Below, in pieces: positions 8,364 through 19,218 of a DNA stretch of 30,141 bases. The notes beneath the pieces are model-generated. The model searched no databases. It was not told the origin of the DNA and saw only the letters and a program-made list of their open reading frames with translations. The position numbers and the translations under genes are program-made. Source of the DNA: a virus (lineage: Duplodnaviria; Heunggongvirae; Uroviricota; Caudoviricetes); IMG/VR virus record IMGVR_UViG_2703718856_000006, positions 1-30,141 of that record; one strand, given 5' to 3'. The stretch's first letter is position 1; every line of letters starts with the position of its first letter.

Positions 8364-8981
8364 CTACTGCTGATCGCTCGAGTACATACCGGCGCTGACT
8401 ATCGCTCCCCCTGCCTCAGTCAGACCGTAGGCCAGGGGGACAGGATGCCCCATAGCGACGGTATTGACCGGCGCCCCGAAGGCGTAGTTAGGCGTGTTGT
8501 CCGTGCTGGAGGATTTACCCGCGCCGAAGGATGGCTGGGGCGTGAGCATCTGGACAACGCCCCCCAGCATCATCGACACTCCGACCCCTGTCAGAATTGA
8601 CGTGGCGCTGATAGCTGTTGCACTCATCGCCGCGCCCCAGGCTGCCATGCTCGCACCAGCGGTAAAGAATGCAGCGACCAGCGCAACAGCCCCGACAACT
8701 ATCTGCAGGACGCCCGAACTTTTGGCCCCCTCATAAACGGGCACGATCCGGTACACGCTTCCACCGCGGGTCATATCAAACTCTTCCAGCCCGATATTGT
8801 TGCCACCGTTAAAAAAGGCGAAACGGATCCCCTTCATATGAGCTTCAGACATATATTTTTTGAATCCGGGAACCTGTGAACACATGGCCCTGAGCATCTC
8901 GCGCAGGTCGGCAACATCAAACTGAACGCGTTTACCGAATTTTTTTGCCATTTTACCTTCGAGAATAAGCGTCTTAACCAT
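8364..8981 (-). CDS. I: Tail assembly protein I
   Basis: Start taken at MVKTLILEG (ORF track extends to 9098). Glycine/alanine-rich hydrophobic C-terminal half typical of lambda gpI. Confidence 0.75.
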   Translation of the reverse strand: MVKTLILEGKMAKKFGKRVQFDVADLREMLRAMCSQVPGFKKYMSEAHMKGIRFAFFNGGNNIGLEEFDMTRGGSVYRIVPVYEGAKSSGVLQIVVGAVALVAAFFTAGASMAAWGAAMSATAISATSILTGVGVSMMLGGVVQMLTPQPSFGAGKSSSTDNTPNYAFGAPVNTVAMGHPVPLAYGLTEAGGAIVSAGMYSSDQQ

Positions 8982-9693
8982 GCATTCTGTCCTTATGCCT
9001 GACCACCCGGACCGTTCTGTCGCGATAATATTTTCCATAAGGCGTTCGCGAAGAAAGGTGCCCGAAAAGATGATGGAGAATGATGTTATCACCCACATAT
9101 ACCGCGGCGTGATTAGTCACCGATGCCTGCACACTCATCATGATGATATCTCCGGGCTGCATTGCACCGGCGGCAATCTCAACGAATCCCTCACGCTCCC
9201 AGTTGTCGTCGTAGAGACGCTCCTTGCCGCTCTCCCACCATTCGTAAGGTACTGAATAATTGCCGAGAACAATGCCGTATTCGCGCAGATAAAATTCACG
9301 GATAAGCGACCAGCAGTCGGCGTAACCCAGCACCCACTGCCGCCCGGCATAATCCCGGTCTTCACGCGGGGAAATCGTACAAAAATCCCCGTCCGGCCAG
9401 GACATGATCCCCCACTCAATCCCCGACCAGTCGCACTGGATCCGGTCCAGCTCTGAGGGCACCAGCCGAACCACATCCGGATGGGAATGAATGAGCATGA
9501 TGATCTCACCGCGCGCGCGGGCAGCGAGCTGGTCTTCCGGGGAGAGCGTGAATGTCTCCTCGGGTTTATCGGCAATGTTGCGGCAGGGAATAAAGATTTG
9601 TTGCTGGCCTGACTGAACAATCAGGCCGCAGGCTTCTTTGGGGTATTCAGCAGCGACGTGCTGACGGATAGCATCCAGCAATTTTTCACGCAT
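8974..9693 (-). CDS. K: Tail assembly protein K (JAB/MPN + NlpC/P60-like)
   Basis: Start taken at MREKLLDAIRQH (track extends to 9792). Contains the HSHP metal motif and a C-terminal hydrolase-like region; lambda gpK position. Confidence 0.8.
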   Translation of the reverse strand: MREKLLDAIRQHVAAEYPKEACGLIVQSGQQQIFIPCRNIADKPEETFTLSPEDQLAARARGEIIMLIHSHPDVVRLVPSELDRIQCDWSGIEWGIMSWPDGDFCTISPREDRDYAGRQWVLGYADCWSLIREFYLREYGIVLGNYSVPYEWWESGKERLYDDNWEREGFVEIAAGAMQPGDIIMMSVQASVTNHAAVYVGDNIILHHLFGHLSSRTPYGKYYRDRTVRVVRHKDRMHG

Positions 9694-9695
9694 TT

Positions 9696-10433
9696 TTATT
9701 TCCCCTGCAGGTTTGCAGCCGGAAAACCGCCGAACGGCAGCGGCGCATCCGGGCCGTGACGCTCCTGACAATCCTGCCGGCGGCCGCCACAAACATCTTT
9801 CGACGGGTCATCGGTCGGTGTACCGTCTTTGGTAAAGTATTTCGTGCCGTTGTAATCGCATCCGGTCCCGCTTCGGTACCAGCCCCGCATACACCAGGTG
9901 CAGACAGGCGTAATCTGCCGTGTCGGCAGCTGCAGGCTCTGAATATCGAAAGGAGAACACAGCTCGAAATCAACCTGTACCCGCGTCTCTGCGGTTTTAG
10001 CATTGACGTAAAAGAGCTGTAAGCGCTCATCGGCCGGGCTGGCACCCGGATTACCGTTTTTCCAGTTGGCGGCATCGAGATACTTCGAAAGCGTGGTATG
10101 GATTTTGACCTTAGCCCTGACCATATCGTCATATTCAAGACACAGCGCGGTGACATAGTTTCCGACGTTCCCGACGGACAGCGTGGGCGTTGGCTGGGAA
10201 CCTGTACTCGATAACTCCATCCCCTTAAGTTCGTAGGGATGGGGATCGTACTGGTTTCCCTGCCAGATAATGGCGGGCAGATTTTCTGCGGCGAAGGCTG
10301 CCCACCCCTCTTCCTGAATATTGTGCGCATGAAAACGCAGCACCTGATCCATACCGAATTCAGTGCCGTCGATCTCAATCAGCTGAATAACGCTGCCGGG
10401 CTCAAGCTGTTGTATGTCTGCCGTAAAACTCAT
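9696..10433 (-). CDS. L: Minor tail protein L
   Basis: 245 aa with cysteine-rich C-terminus (CTWCMRGWYRSGTGCDYNG), typical of gpL; position between M and K. Confidence 0.85.
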   Translation of the reverse strand: MSFTADIQQLEPGSVIQLIEIDGTEFGMDQVLRFHAHNIQEEGWAAFAAENLPAIIWQGNQYDPHPYELKGMELSSTGSQPTPTLSVGNVGNYVTALCLEYDDMVRAKVKIHTTLSKYLDAANWKNGNPGASPADERLQLFYVNAKTAETRVQVDFELCSPFDIQSLQLPTRQITPVCTWCMRGWYRSGTGCDYNGTKYFTKDGTPTDDPSKDVCGGRRQDCQERHGPDAPLPFGGFPAANLQGK

Positions 10434-10489
10434 ACTCCCCCCATAAAAAAAAGCCGCCCGGAGGCAGCTTTCAGTGTTTTTCGAGAAAA

Positions 10490-10828
10490 TCAGGGCGCGA
10501 ACGCCTGTTCAAAAGTGAAGGCCACAGTGGCTTTTTTCCCGGTAGGGAAAGAAACGCTGAACGAATCGGCCTTCATTCTGAACAGCTTTTTTTCACCCCA
10601 TGGAGTGGTCCACCAGAACGATTTAGTAACGTGAGACATCAGGAAAGCGCGCAGCGCAGCCGCCTCCTGTCTGGTGCCCGTCCAGTCCAGGTTCCACGTT
10701 TCCTGTTTGTCGTTGATCCCCATCCCCGCTATCTGTTTGTAGCCATCCCCGAACTGGGCCTGCAGCGTTCGGGCTGTTTCAGTGCCCTGCGCTGTTTTTC
10801 GCGTGCGCCAGGTAAACGTGTCCGTCAC
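10490..10828 (-). CDS. M: Minor tail protein M
   Basis: 112 aa with FGDGY and WTTPWGEKK motifs similar to lambda gpM; 4-bp overlap with H. Confidence 0.8.
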   Translation of the reverse strand: MTDTFTWRTRKTAQGTETARTLQAQFGDGYKQIAGMGINDKQETWNLDWTGTRQEAAALRAFLMSHVTKSFWWTTPWGEKKLFRMKADSFSVSFPTGKKATVAFTFEQAFAP

Positions 10829-13800
10829 TGTGTCCTCCTCGAATAAAGCACGCCGCCCGCGGACATTTCTTTTTTCAGTCGCTCGGTGATTGTCTGCTGA
10901 ACAATCGCCTGCAGCTGTTTCGCCGTCCCCGTGGCGTTCGCCTGATTTATGCTTCCGTCACTCCCCTGCTGGCTGATGCTGACTGGGGCATAAACACTGA
11001 TCCCGCCCATGCCAGCACCGGCTGCGTTCCCGCCGCCGACCAGACCACCCGAGGCATACCCGCGCATCAGGCGATAGAGATTAGCCACGCCGATGCGGCT
11101 GGTTGATTCTTTGGTGAAGACGAATTCCCCGCGGTGAACGATACCGGCTGGCTCGTACTTGCCGCCGTGCCCGGTAAAACCGCCCACGTCAAAACCCTGT
11201 GGCCGGTATGACGGGACCGCGAATGACTGACCGGCAGAGGAGGTTTTCGCCCCGCCGCTAACCCAGCCCATTGCACTCTGGATGGTGTAAGCCACCAGCA
11301 GCTGGTTGATAACGGACACAATCATTTTAAGGATCGAGCTGGTGAATTCCCTGAAGCTCGCCTTCCCGGTTGTCGTCAGGCTGGTAAGCTGGCCCGCCAA
11401 CCCGCTGAACGTAGCCTGAGAAATCTGCTGAACGGAGCTGAAAACGTTTGTCGCTGAATCCTGATATTCGGCCCAACCCTGTTTCGCACCGGCCAGCCAG
11501 TTTGCACGCAGGGCATCTTCAGCTTCGAACGTCGCCCTTTGCTCTTCCAGAACCTTTTGCTGCGCCTGAGGGTTGTACGAATAGCTTTCGCTGAGACGCT
11601 GCAGCGTAGTTTGTCGCCCGGCTTCCCGGGTGGATACCCCCTCAGACTGAGCCTGCAGGCCCGCCCTGGCGGCTTTTTGCTGCTGCTCAAACTTCACGGC
11701 CTGATCGGCCAGCTGGTTGAGCTTTTGCTGGCTGGCAACCTTATCGCCCAGATCGGCCAGCTGCCGCTTGTACTCGAGCGTTTCTTCCTTGTGCGCCAGC
11801 AGGGATTTTTCCTTCACCGTAAGCTGACGACGCCCCGCGGCCTCCTGCAGAACGGTGAACTGATTTTCAGTCTGCCAGAGATCCTGACGCTGTTTGCTTA
11901 TGACGTCGTTTACGCTGGTATGCTGCTCGAGCGTTTTAAGCTGGGCCTGAAGGGTGAGGAGTTCAGCCTGAGCTTTTTCCTCTGCCTTATCACCAGCAGG
12001 AGTGGTGTATCCTTTCGACTTGGGGACTTTTGGATCCTTATAGAGTTCCTCTATCCCCTTTCTGGCCTGAGCAATCTCTGCCTTACTGAGCGGCTTAACA
12101 CGCTGTCCCTCTGGAAGAAATTGCGTTTTTTTGACCAATTCAGCATTTGTTGTGATGGCTTTATTGAGTTCCCTTTCAGCATCTGCCCTTTTCTGTGCTT
12201 TGCTCGCTCCTGCGTCCAGGTACTTGTTCAGAATCCCCTGTGCTTTCACTCCTTCAGTATTCAGCTGCTGCGATTTGACCTGTGCCTGGTTGTAACCCTC
12301 CTGTGAACGAATCACAAAAGTAAGTTCACTTTCCTTCTGACGTAATGCAGCCAGCTCTTTTTCTGCTGCACCCCCATCACCAGTATTGCCCATTCCAAAA
12401 ACACCCGGCCGGGTGTTATCCGTCAGGGTTTTTATCCGTGCCCTGACAGACTCCAGCTGATCGCTGGCCGTTTGCTGGCGACCAATACCAAGGGCGGCAT
12501 CCCAGTAAGCGCCCCATGTATCCGTTACGCCACGAACAAAGCGATCTATCAGACCCAGGTTATCAAGTACCTGCTGGCTTCGCTGTTGCTCAGCAGCACT
12601 ATAAGCCTGCGCGGCCTTCTCTCCTGCCGCCTCTTTATCACCCCTGCGCTCAAGCTCGGAAATATATTGGAACTGAGCTGCCGAGAGGTAATGTAGCTGA
12701 CGGTTAAGCTCTTCTGACGCCTGTGATGGCGAATCATATAATTTCTTAAAGTTCGCGAGGGTTTTATCCACCGACTGCCCGACCGCGTCCTCCATTGCTG
12801 CAGCCGTCGTGGTGATGTATTCCAGCTGGTTTCCCCGGAACTGCCCGCTACCAACAACCTTCGCAAGAGTGGCAGCTGCATTTCCGGTGGTAACACCTGC
12901 CGTTTCTGAAATTTTGCGAGCTAAATCGCTCAGCTGTCCGGTTGTCTTACCGGCATAATTCCCCGTCAGAATAAGCTGTTTATTAAATTCAGATGCTTCA
13001 CTGCTGCCTTTGTACCAGGCAACGGCCAGTAGTGCCAGCCCCCCGACTAGCCCACCCATAGCAAGACGTACTGGAGTCAGAGCCCTCAGAAAACCTCTGC
13101 TGTGTTCTGTATTCTCCGCCAGTGCATTGGCATTTTCAGAAAGTGATTCCTCGGATTCATCTGCGGATGATTTAATCCCCAGTAACTCCTCTTTGATAAT
13201 CTGGAAAAGATTACCGACTCCACCGAATGAATCGCTGATTTGCCCGCCCTGCTGCATTAGGACCATCCACAGCGGCATTCCACCTGCTATCGAGGTTGCA
13301 ATATCCGTAAACTGAGCGGGTAACATACGGATCGCCTGGCGATACTGCCCGGCACTGAGCGTTCCTCTTCTCCATGCATTTTCCTGTTCCTGAAGTCTTG
13401 CAATAAGTGGTGCAGCTTCTTCACTTACACCCAGTTGCGCGGCCTTCAGATTCAGTAATTCGGTTCTGGATAATTTTTGTTCTTCAACCTGGGATTTGAG
13501 CTGTTGGAGAAACCGGGATCGAGCCTGACTGGCTTTTTCTTCGGCCTGTTGTAGTTCTTTTTGCCGGGCCGTGGTCTGGGATATCAGCGCAAGATAATCC
13601 TGCTGCGTGATATTCCCCTGCGCACGGGCCTTCCGGAATTGCTCCTGAACCGACGACAGAGAGTCCGTTTCTCCGGTCAGCGACCTCACGCCATCAATCT
13701 GTCGATAGAACGACGCCGCCAGCGCATCCTGTTGCTGCGCAAGCGCTGATGCCCGGGATGCGTTCTCCCTGAGTTGCTCACTTAATCCAGCCACTCGCTG

Positions 13801-14085
13801 GTAGGTTTGTTCAACGGACTCGCCGACTTTTTGCATGTCAGCGCTAAGACCAGCTGCAGCCGTTGACTGCTGAGCCAACATATCCGACATGGCCGCACCG
13901 CTGCCTGCAGCTGCATTAGCAAGCGCCGAGGCCTGCAATTCTGCGGCCTGTTGCATACGTGTACGGACTTTTTCGGATTCGTCCCCCATTCCGGTTAGCT
14001 GCCCCTTTATACGGGCAACCTGCTCGCTAAAAGTGGCACTGTCGACATCAAGGTTGATGACCAGGTCGCTAATCTGCTGGGCCAT
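10825..14085 (-). CDS. H: Tail tape measure protein H
   Basis: 1086 aa, long alpha-helical Q/A/E-rich protein with a central hydrophobic segment and glycine-rich C-terminal region; position after G/T. Confidence 0.9.
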   Translation of the reverse strand: MAQQISDLVINLDVDSATFSEQVARIKGQLTGMGDESEKVRTRMQQAAELQASALANAAAGSGAAMSDMLAQQSTAAAGLSADMQKVGESVEQTYQRVAGLSEQLRENASRASALAQQQDALAASFYRQIDGVRSLTGETDSLSSVQEQFRKARAQGNITQQDYLALISQTTARQKELQQAEEKASQARSRFLQQLKSQVEEQKLSRTELLNLKAAQLGVSEEAAPLIARLQEQENAWRRGTLSAGQYRQAIRMLPAQFTDIATSIAGGMPLWMVLMQQGGQISDSFGGVGNLFQIIKEELLGIKSSADESEESLSENANALAENTEHSRGFLRALTPVRLAMGGLVGGLALLAVAWYKGSSEASEFNKQLILTGNYAGKTTGQLSDLARKISETAGVTTGNAAATLAKVVGSGQFRGNQLEYITTTAAAMEDAVGQSVDKTLANFKKLYDSPSQASEELNRQLHYLSAAQFQYISELERRGDKEAAGEKAAQAYSAAEQQRSQQVLDNLGLIDRFVRGVTDTWGAYWDAALGIGRQQTASDQLESVRARIKTLTDNTRPGVFGMGNTGDGGAAEKELAALRQKESELTFVIRSQEGYNQAQVKSQQLNTEGVKAQGILNKYLDAGASKAQKRADAERELNKAITTNAELVKKTQFLPEGQRVKPLSKAEIAQARKGIEELYKDPKVPKSKGYTTPAGDKAEEKAQAELLTLQAQLKTLEQHTSVNDVISKQRQDLWQTENQFTVLQEAAGRRQLTVKEKSLLAHKEETLEYKRQLADLGDKVASQQKLNQLADQAVKFEQQQKAARAGLQAQSEGVSTREAGRQTTLQRLSESYSYNPQAQQKVLEEQRATFEAEDALRANWLAGAKQGWAEYQDSATNVFSSVQQISQATFSGLAGQLTSLTTTGKASFREFTSSILKMIVSVINQLLVAYTIQSAMGWVSGGAKTSSAGQSFAVPSYRPQGFDVGGFTGHGGKYEPAGIVHRGEFVFTKESTSRIGVANLYRLMRGYASGGLVGGGNAAGAGMGGISVYAPVSISQQGSDGSINQANATGTAKQLQAIVQQTITERLKKEMSAGGVLYSRRTQ

Positions 14086-14377
14086 ATCGGATACCTCCTG
14101 TTATCCCCTCAGCGGCGGTCATCAGCGTATCATCATCCGGCTCGTCATCGCTGATGACGCTTTCCGAAGGAGAAAGCAGGCTGAAATGTGCGGGGGTAAG
14201 TTCCGGATCGCGGAAGAAAAGAGTAGAGATGGAATAAAGCAGCCCGGAGAAATGCGCATCGAGCTGTGCGTCCTGAAAATAATGCTCCCGGTAGAACAGG
14301 TGCCAGTCGCCCAGTTCACTGGAAGTCATCCCAGCCAGCATGGCGCGCCAGTCGGGTCGACCGAACTCGCGCGCCAA
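14069..14377 (-). CDS. T: Tail assembly chaperone T region (expected to be made as a G-T fusion by -1 frameshift)
   Basis: [28 protein letters not shown] closely matches lambda gpT. The frame is open up to 14434, overlaps the G 3' end, and is in the -1 register relative to G. Confidence 0.75.
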   Translation of the reverse strand: MAREFGRPDWRAMLAGMTSSELGDWHLFYREHYFQDAQLDAHFSGLLYSISTLFFRDPELTPAHFSLLSPSESVISDDEPDDDTLMTAAEGITGGIRYGPAD

Positions 14378-14391
14378 ATTCAGGACAAACT

Positions 14392-14832
14392 TCAGCTCGC
14401 TGGCAAGGGCTTTTCCGCGGTAACGGATTCTTCGTTAGCAGAGGATTCAGTTACACCCTCCACGTCCTGATGATCACCTTTCTCATCTTCAACGGGGAAT
14501 AACATGCCTGATAGTAGCTTGACCTGCATTTCGGCTTTGCCGATAGCCTCCGGCGGCCAGCCGCTCAGGACCTGCTGATACAACTTTTCCACATCCGTGC
14601 CGGCCGGATCGTTATGCCACAAAGACATCGCGATCAAGCGCGCACCGCAGCGAATATTTGAACCTATCAGCCGGGTCGTGACTTCCTGATCGCTTATGCC
14701 ATCGCTGTCAGCGCTGACGGCCTTCTCCTCATTTGCCATAAACGTGAGGAACTCAATACGCTGAAGGGCCGACAGCTCGAAGATGGTCAGGGACTCTTTT
14801 TGCCAGGTGAAATTATCTTTTTTCAGAAACAT
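14392..14832 (-). CDS. G: Tail assembly chaperone G
   Basis: MFLK...LSELSALQRIEFL...AMSLWHN matches lambda gpG. Confidence 0.85.
   Translation of the reverse strand: MFLKKDNFTWQKESLTIFELSALQRIEFLTFMANEEKAVSADSDGISDQEVTTRLIGSNIRCGARLIAMSLWHNDPAGTDVEKLYQQVLSGWPPEAIGKAEMQVKLLSGMLFPVEDEKGDHQDVEGVTESSANEESVTAEKPLPAS
14405..14420 (-). other. Putative G-T -1 ribosomal frameshift site
   Basis: mRNA ACC GCG GAA AAG CCC UUG at the G/T frame overlap; GGAAAAG is a non-canonical counterpart of lambda's GGGAAAG. Exact slip position not determinable by eye. Confidence 0.4.
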
Positions 14833-14842
14833 GAGCCTTTCC

Positions 14843-15586
14843 TTATGCTGCTGTTACGGTGACTTTGCAGACCGCAACGAAATTACCGTCGCTGGTCATA
14901 ACAATAATGTCAGCGGTGCCTGCCGCCACGCCGGTGACCGTGATCGCATTGCCGCTAACGGTGACCGTTGCTTTTGCCCCGTCAGAGGTTGCCACGCGGA
15001 ACGAGGTATCTGAGGCGCTGGCAGGGTTAACCGTCACATTGAGCGTTGTTGTTGCGCCGACGGCCACGCTTACCGTGGCTTTATCGAGCGTAACGCCGGT
15101 CACGGGGATATTCGGGGTCCCGCTTTCTTCTGCCAGTTCCGGCTTGCCGGTATTGGTGATTTTCGCTGTACGGGTAATGACCTCTTTTGCCGGAATGGCT
15201 TTACCCAGGCTGCTGCACCAGCCGCGGAAAACGTCGACGGTACCGTTCGGGTATTTGATTTTGTAATAGCGTACTGAGCCATCAATAAACCATGCGACCA
15301 GGTCTTTTTGCCCTTCTTCACCCGGCTTCCAGGCGAGGGTGAACGAGGTATCGCCAGCAGATTTTGCCCCCTGGGCCGTCGCGTTCCAGTCGGCATCTTC
15401 GTCGTCGAGGTAAGTGTCGTCATACGATTCGGCGGTCATCTCGCCCGGCGTCAGCTCTTTAATTTTCGCCAGACGGTTCCAGTCGATATCCGAGAGTGGG
15501 TTAGCGAAAGCGTTGCCCGTTCCGGTGTAAAGCCAGAGTGTGGTACCGGCGCCTTTTACGGGTGCCAGCGGGTTTGGAGTAGGCAT
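14843..15586 (-). CDS. V: Major tail protein V with C-terminal Ig-like domain
   Basis: 247 aa; position and size fit gpV; C-terminal T/V-rich beta repeats look like a Big_2-type domain. Confidence 0.8.
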   Translation of the reverse strand: MPTPNPLAPVKGAGTTLWLYTGTGNAFANPLSDIDWNRLAKIKELTPGEMTAESYDDTYLDDEDADWNATAQGAKSAGDTSFTLAWKPGEEGQKDLVAWFIDGSVRYYKIKYPNGTVDVFRGWCSSLGKAIPAKEVITRTAKITNTGKPELAEESGTPNIPVTGVTLDKATVSVAVGATTTLNVTVNPASASDTSFRVATSDGAKATVTVSGNAITVTGVAAGTADIIVMTSDGNFVAVCKVTVTAA

Positions 15587-15595
15587 AAGTACCTC

Positions 15596-15997
15596 TTAAA
15601 TTGAATAGGTGATTAAGTACGTGAAATCGACAGAACCCCAGGTGGCCATTTCATCATCCCGCTGATAGTCATAACCCTGCGGGGTGAACGTCTCGACCAG
15701 TTCGGTCAGACCCGGTATGAAGGCCATTGCCGGATACACTTTCTCTTCCATCCAGGAATCAAGCGCGCTGTCGGGGCTGGAGGCTTTAAGAAATACCTCG
15801 ATGTGAACAACCGCCTGCCACGAATCTTCGTCAAGCGAATCGCCGGTGTACTCCGCGTCTGAAAGGTAAACAGCCACGGCAGGGAGATCCTGCTCTTCAA
15901 GAAAAACAGGGCGCCCGTCAAACCAGGTGACCGTGTCGGTGATCTCGGCTTTCAGTTTTGCCAGAATGGCTGCACGAATTGCGCTGTGTCTGTTCAT
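15596..15997 (-). CDS. U: Tail terminator protein U
   Basis: FDGRPVFLEEQDLPAVAVYLSDAEYTG ... HIEVFL ... GYDYQRDDEMATWGSVDFTYLITY matches lambda gpU. Confidence 0.9.
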   Translation of the reverse strand: MNRHSAIRAAILAKLKAEITDTVTWFDGRPVFLEEQDLPAVAVYLSDAEYTGDSLDEDSWQAVVHIEVFLKASSPDSALDSWMEEKVYPAMAFIPGLTELVETFTPQGYDYQRDDEMATWGSVDFTYLITYSI

Positions 15998-16572
15998 CGC
16001 TTCAGGTGAATCCTCAGTTGGTTTTTCAGGGCTGCGGAAAGTTCTTTAGGCATATCGCTTTCAATAAGGCGCTTTGAAATAGCGGTGAATGCCACGGTGA
16101 GCGGTGTCTCAAGAGGAACTTTGACCACATCAATCGGATAACGGGCCTGACCTACGCGCCGCATGACTTGCCAGCGCCCGTTCGCAAGCTGTTGAATAAA
16201 AGCGTTACGAAAGGTATAGGGTCCGATTTTGAGGACGCTACCCGCTCCGTTTCTGGCCCCTTTTTTACGCGAGAGCCGGACGCGCGCCGTGCCGAGCTTA
16301 ATCGCGGGAAGATTACCGCGGTTGATTTTTATCGACGCGACCGGGCGATCGTGGCGGGCCTTGCGCAGACGGGAACGCTGCCGAACCAGACGAACCGGAA
16401 GCCCCTTTTTCCGGTTATCATCAACTGTTGCTTCTTTCGCTACAGCTTTGCTCCCCTGGCTTATCGTTCTGCTGGCCACCCGGTTAAGTGCTTTTGCGGT
16501 TGCCTCAGGAACGATTAACCGGCTGAGGCTGTTCAGGTTCTGAATAGCCCTTTCCAGTCCTTTCACAGACAT
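15994..16572 (-). CDS. Z: Tail completion protein Z-like
   Basis: 192-aa basic protein in the lambda Z position, overlapping U by 4 bp. Confidence 0.65.
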   Translation of the reverse strand: MSVKGLERAIQNLNSLSRLIVPEATAKALNRVASRTISQGSKAVAKEATVDDNRKKGLPVRLVRQRSRLRKARHDRPVASIKINRGNLPAIKLGTARVRLSRKKGARNGAGSVLKIGPYTFRNAFIQQLANGRWQVMRRVGQARYPIDVVKVPLETPLTVAFTAISKRLIESDMPKELSAALKNQLRIHLKR

Positions 16573-16581
16573 AGCGCCTCC

Positions 16582-16857
16582 TCATTCGAGATGGATGCGG
16601 GGTTTTCCGTTGAACATGTCATAGCGGGTAACGATCAGGTTCTTACCGTCGTAGTCGACGCTGTCGTTTCGGCGTGGCTGGTAAAGCTCAGAGAAAACCA
16701 CCAGCGAAGTACCTGTTCCCGACAATGGCCCCATTTCCTCGAGTTGCTCGGCGGGAACAACGTCATAGCTGCTGCCATTGATGATCGCTGTCTTTCCCAT
16801 CTTTTTTATAGTGGCCGCGTCCATGCGCGCCGCCATCCGGTCAAAGGAGTTAGGCAT
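16582..16857 (-). CDS. Head-tail connector / head completion protein (FII-like), start uncertain
   Basis: Track ORF 16582..16920; candidate starts at codons 22, 29, 33 or 41. Sits between the head protein and Z. Confidence 0.5.
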   Translation of the reverse strand: MPNSFDRMAARMDAATIKKMGKTAIINGSSYDVVPAEQLEEMGPLSGTGTSLVVFSELYQPRRNDSVDYDGKNLIVTRYDMFNGKPRIHLE

Positions 16858-17176
16858 TGATCTTAACTTCAACAACGGTGGTGTTTGCCCCTGCATCTTC
16901 CCAGGCGATGCCCGCGGCAACGGCGTCCGTTTCTTCGATCGTGATTTTGCCGTCCTTCAGATACACCTGCGCCCCGGCAGTAACCGCATCTGCGGATACT
17001 TTTGGCAGGAGGAAAACACCCTCAGTAAAACCGTCCCCGGTATCGCCAGCCGGGATATCGGTAATTGCCACCGCGATAAGTTTTCCAACAACAACCGGGT
17101 CGCCGCTGTGAACATCGGTTGCACCACTGTTTACCAGAGGGATCGTTTTCCCGTCCTGCGCATAGTTCTTAGCCAT
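16850..17176 (-). CDS. Small head protein (DUF2190-like, possible decoration/cementing protein)
   Basis: 108-aa Gly/Ala/Val-rich protein immediately after the capsid gene; family assignment from memory. Confidence 0.5.
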   Translation of the reverse strand: MAKNYAQDGKTIPLVNSGATDVHSGDPVVVGKLIAVAITDIPAGDTGDGFTEGVFLLPKVSADAVTAGAQVYLKDGKITIEETDAVAAGIAWEDAGANTTVVEVKINA

Positions 17177-17258
17177 AACTTCTCCATTCAGCCCCTTTCG
17201 AGGCTGGTTTCAGGTATAAAAAAAGCCCTTACGGGCGTCTGTTTGTCAGGACTGTTTT

Positions 17259-19205
17259 TTACTGACCAGAGGATTTGGTCATGCCGCGATAGTCCAGCGG
17301 CGCCACGCCAGCATCAATACGCACTTTCGTGGCGATACCATCAGTGGTGAAGCCTTCCTGCTGATCGATGTATGGCGTGTCGACGCCGTTGAGATAAGCG
17401 ACCTCAATGGTGTCGGTGCCCTTCGCGGCAGCCAGATACCAGGCTTTCGCATCAGCTTCATCCAGACGTGGTTCGGCAATGACTTCTGCAAAGTTCTGGA
17501 TAGGGTTAACGATCCCGGCATTGATGTCTGCACCTTTAACACTGGCCGACTTGATGGTCTGATTTGCCAGAGTTTCCAGGGCGACGGGCACCAGCATGTA
17601 GGCCGGACGGATATTCAGGGTTCGCTCCCCCTCCTTCTGCAGACGCATCAGCTTGCGCGATTCGTCCAGGCTGGCCACAGAAATTGCACCCGAGCTCAGG
17701 TTCTTGTGATCGGCATGGAACAGCGCCTTTCCGTCTGAGAGTTTCGGGTTTTTGGTCAGAATGGCGTAAACCAGATCGCCAATCGTTGCTTTCGCCGCGC
17801 GCCCCATCTTCATCGGTACGTCGGTAAGCTGGTTCAGATCGTCGTTGATGATCGCCTGGCGAGTTACTGAGAAGATTTCACCATACGTGGCAAGCGCGAT
17901 GGTTTCGCCTTTGTCACTGGTAGTGATGTACTTGTACTCAGCCCCTTCGCGAACCTGTCGCAGAGAAGGGAACCCACCCATACCGACACGATGCGCCGTT
18001 TTGAAGTCCGACAGCTGGCCTTTTTTGGTCCACTGCTCGAAGGTTTCCTGCGCCTCGTCCCAGCCCTGAATCAGCGCTTTGTTCGCAACATCAAGCAGAA
18101 TGTTGCCAAAGTCAGAGGTGCTGTGGGTCAGCGCCAGGCCAACCATCTGCATCGGGTTGTAGCTGGCCACGCCGATACCTTTTTCTGTCAGGGCCATACG
18201 CGCATACTCGCGCAGCGTCATACCGTTATAAACGTTATCCCGCTCCTGACCTTCGAACCCGGCACGCGCCATCAGTGCCTGGCGAATACCATCCGCGACG
18301 AAGTTACCGTTGCCCGCATGAATATGCGGCTGAGTGGTTTTATTGGACGGCGTGGCCGTTTTACCGAGTTCTGCCAGCAGCAAATCTTTCGCCTTATCGA
18401 CGGAGCAATCAGGGTCGGCCACACACTGATTCTGCAGTTCCATGTGCTTATTACCGAACATGGCAAAGAGATCGCCGATAGCGTTAACACGGGTTTTCTG
18501 CTCAGCCAACACCTGCGCGCGGATCGCATTTTCATCCGGTGCCGGGTCTGTTTTTGCCTGCGGTGCCTGAGGCTGGGTAATAACCGGGTCACGCTGGGTA
18601 GTGTTGCGCGGCGGGGTGATCATGTTGCGAATGCTTTTTGGCATTTTTTCAAATTCCTCAATACGTTTTGAATGAATACAGGCCATAGCCTGAAGGGATG
18701 GTGTCACCTGGTCGGCAAAACCCAGTTCAAGGCACTCGCTGCCGTTCATCCAGGTTTCGTCCTCCAGCATTGCCGCAATTTCTTCGGTGGATTTTCCGGT
18801 TTTCTGTGCATAAGCCGGGATAAGAACGGATTCAACCTTGTCGAGAAGATCCGCATAGTCGCGCATATCGCTCGCGTCACCACCAGCAAACCCCCAGGGC
18901 TTATGGATCATCATCATCGTGTTTTCAGGCATGATGACCGGATTGCCTACCATCGCAATCACCGAGGCCATGGAGGCCGCCAGACCGTCGATATGTACGG
19001 TAATCGCCGCGCCGTGGTGCTTCAGCGCGTTATAAATAGCAATTCCGTCGAAGACATCACCACCGGGCGAGTTGATATAAAGGTTGATGTGGGTGACGTC
19101 CCCAAGTGCCCGGAGATCATTGACGAACTGTTTCGCCGTTACGCCCCAGTACCCGATTTCGTCATAAATAAAAATGTCGGCCTCACTGTTATTGCTGGCC
19201 TGCAT
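17259..19205 (-). CDS. Prohead protease (ClpP/S49-like) fused to major capsid protein
   Basis: Start taken at MQASNNSEADIFIYDEIGY (track extends to 19553, overlapping the portal gene). N-terminal third has peptidase motifs (INSPGGDV, ASMASVIA); C-terminal two-thirds has capsid-like sequence. Confidence 0.75.
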   Translation of the reverse strand: MQASNNSEADIFIYDEIGYWGVTAKQFVNDLRALGDVTHINLYINSPGGDVFDGIAIYNALKHHGAAITVHIDGLAASMASVIAMVGNPVIMPENTMMMIHKPWGFAGGDASDMRDYADLLDKVESVLIPAYAQKTGKSTEEIAAMLEDETWMNGSECLELGFADQVTPSLQAMACIHSKRIEEFEKMPKSIRNMITPPRNTTQRDPVITQPQAPQAKTDPAPDENAIRAQVLAEQKTRVNAIGDLFAMFGNKHMELQNQCVADPDCSVDKAKDLLLAELGKTATPSNKTTQPHIHAGNGNFVADGIRQALMARAGFEGQERDNVYNGMTLREYARMALTEKGIGVASYNPMQMVGLALTHSTSDFGNILLDVANKALIQGWDEAQETFEQWTKKGQLSDFKTAHRVGMGGFPSLRQVREGAEYKYITTSDKGETIALATYGEIFSVTRQAIINDDLNQLTDVPMKMGRAAKATIGDLVYAILTKNPKLSDGKALFHADHKNLSSGAISVASLDESRKLMRLQKEGERTLNIRPAYMLVPVALETLANQTIKSASVKGADINAGIVNPIQNFAEVIAEPRLDEADAKAWYLAAAKGTDTIEVAYLNGVDTPYIDQQEGFTTDGIATKVRIDAGVAPLDYRGMTKSSGQ

Positions 19206-19218
19206 GCGGAACCACGAA

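Noticed and set aside
9138-10378. Minus-strand ORFs in alternative frames overlapping K and L (9138-9620, 9686-10378)
   Set aside because: Arg/Ser/Pro-rich translations typical of off-frame reading of GC-rich coding sequence; K and L are clearly identified.
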